DNA of 25,727 nucleotides from the IMG/VR virus record IMGVR_UViG_3300032295_002377, positions 1 through 25,727 of that record; one strand, written 5' to 3'. Of the stretch, positions 24,628 through 25,727 are shown in pieces; position 1 is the stretch's first letter; each line of letters begins with the position of its first letter. The notes below the pieces were generated by a model. The model did no database searches. It had not been told where the DNA came from and saw nothing but the letters and a program-made list of their open reading frames with translations. This DNA comes from a virus (lineage: Duplodnaviria > Caudoviricetes). The translations under genes were made by a program, and so were the position numbers.

Positions 24628-24645
24628 GTAGTTATTTACATGTCC
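24622..24645 (-). promoter_or_regulatory. Late-promoter-like GTAAATA (24639-24633) inside a perfect 9-bp inverted repeat covering the start codon
   Basis: mRNA-sense GGACATGTA-AATAAC-TACATGTCC; the ATG at 24627 lies in the 3' arm. Confidence 0.7.
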
Positions 24646-24661
24646 GTTTTTAGGGTGTTAG

Positions 24662-25096
24662 TTAATTGCACCAACTCTGTTTGGCTTCGCCGTAGTATTC
24701 TCTGGCAAATCCATTGGCAATCAACATAGAGCGTAGGCTTTGCCCATCCAAGATCATGTCACCCAACACACGACCACCAAACTTATCCCAACCGTAAAGT
24801 ACAACTTGGCGCTTGAGTGATTTAGCTACCGCATTTTTTGTAAAGGCAGTAGCGGCCTCGCCTCGCTGTGCTTCACTGGGGCACTGTGCTCTGTGACCTT
24901 TTTCTGGCGTATCAACACCAAATACTCTAACAGCCAACTCTGGCTTGAGTGGTTGTGGTAAGAATGGTGCTGAAATAACCACAGTATCGCCGTCGTTGAC
25001 TCGCACGATCTGTGCGTCATATGTGACACCTTGGGGTGCTTTTTGTGCCATGGCCAAGCATGGAATTAGTAATAGAGTGAGTAGTAGTTTTTTCAT
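24662..25096 (-). CDS. Thermonuclease (SNase) family protein with N-terminal signal peptide
   Basis: RVNDGDTV, VRVFGVDTPE, DKFGGRVLG and LIANGFA; MKKLLLTLLLIPCLAMA resembles a Sec signal peptide with an AxA cleavage site. Confidence 0.9.
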   Translation of the reverse strand: MKKLLLTLLLIPCLAMAQKAPQGVTYDAQIVRVNDGDTVVISAPFLPQPLKPELAVRVFGVDTPEKGHRAQCPSEAQRGEAATAFTKNAVAKSLKRQVVLYGWDKFGGRVLGDMILDGQSLRSMLIANGFAREYYGEAKQSWCN

Positions 25097-25097
25097 A

Positions 25098-25706
25098 TTA
25101 TGCTATTTGATATGTGCCCGAAAGATCAAAATGTGCGCCCGATTGCCAGGCGCCTGTGGCCGGAGTGTTGAATTTCCAGACCAGGTCTGTGGTGCTGCCA
25201 GAATAATACAGTTTCATCACTGTGGTGCTGTTTGTGACATCCGTGATGCCGGCGATGTGATACAGGGCCGGGGAACCTGCGCCTGCTGTTTGATGCAAAG
25301 TGCCGCCAGCCAGTCTGAATGTGTTTGCGGCTGGTGCGGGCAAGGTGATCTGATAACCAGTGCTGCCAAAGTTGGTGACTCCTGTGAAATCAAAATACAC
25401 ATGTATGAACATCAAGGGACCCATACGCACATAAGATGCTGTGGCTGTGCCGCCGGCAAATGTGCCGGATCCATCAGTGAACTGGGGATTGAATACTGTG
25501 CTGCTGGTAACGCCAGATCCGTATGCTACTAAATTTAAGTTGCCGTTGGTGTTGCCTACATAAAGATTTTGCGTGAGTTGGTCTACCACAAGTTCGCTGG
25601 GTCGAGCTACGCCGTTGTAGTTGGCCAAGCTCTCTTGAGCATTGTCCTTCATTGCGGCACGTGATATGCCTGTGATGTTGTCGTATGGTGGTGGTGGATT
25701 GGCCAT
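25098..25706 (-). CDS. Probable virion fibre / receptor-binding-like protein
   Basis: G/T/S/N-rich beta-type composition. N-terminal ELVVDQLTQNLYVG segment and C-terminal YVRMGPLMFIHV...ITLP...LSGTY resemble fibre head domains. Confidence 0.5.
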   Translation of the reverse strand: MANPPPPYDNITGISRAAMKDNAQESLANYNGVARPSELVVDQLTQNLYVGNTNGNLNLVAYGSGVTSSTVFNPQFTDGSGTFAGGTATASYVRMGPLMFIHVYFDFTGVTNFGSTGYQITLPAPAANTFRLAGGTLHQTAGAGSPALYHIAGITDVTNSTTVMKLYYSGSTTDLVWKFNTPATGAWQSGAHFDLSGTYQIA

Positions 25707-25727
25707 GATCTCTAACTTTCCTGGTTA

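Noticed and set aside
24945-25532. 195-aa Cys-rich plus-strand ORF, considered as a possible radical SAM peptide substrate
   Set aside because: It is antisense to the nuclease and fibre genes. The cysteines arise from complementing ACA and GCA codons, and there is no expression signal.
1-25727. Stop-codon reassignment, since TAG ends only one called gene (9083)
   Set aside because: All core genes are full length in the standard code and coding density is already near complete, so no read-through is needed.

Overview
This window is part of a large T4-like (myovirus-type) phage genome. It is densely coding in the standard genetic code, and I found no tRNA, rRNA, CRISPR array, intron, intein or mobile element. 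Core T4-like genes on the minus strand are the terminase large subunit (gp17), ssDNA-binding protein (gp32), UvsX and UvsY. There is also an 803-aa probable virion protein with a circularly permuted LysM-like motif, a signal-peptide thermonuclease and a probable fibre protein. About 24 carbohydrate-building or tailoring enzymes are interleaved with these core genes and apparently translationally coupled to them: GT25-, GT2/7- and GT8-like glycosyltransferases, three paralogous capsule-synthesis-like GT-B proteins, a pyruvyltransferase-like protein, a UDP-GlcNAc 4,6-dehydratase plus RmlD-like reductase, a cytidylyltransferase-cupin fusion, three methyltransferases, an SGNH protein, a sulfotransferase, an SDR, a 2OG-Fe(II)-like protein and four paralogous radical SAM enzymes. 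The radical SAM enzymes carry their twitch-like auxiliary cysteine set N-terminally instead of C-terminally. The best candidate for an undescribed system is a phage-encoded glycan assembly plus radical tailoring pathway; its substrate (virion protein, host surface or DNA) cannot be determined from sequence. Regulatory signals visible in the DNA are T4 late-promoter (TAAATA) boxes placed to give leaderless mRNAs, a hairpin that sequesters the start codon of the radical SAM/terminase unit, and a near-consensus sigma70 promoter inside a palindrome with repeated AGGCARC boxes in the gp32 leader. All family assignments come from reading motifs by eye, not from database searches. Several starts were moved from the ORF track to the ATG or GTG that overlaps the upstream stop.
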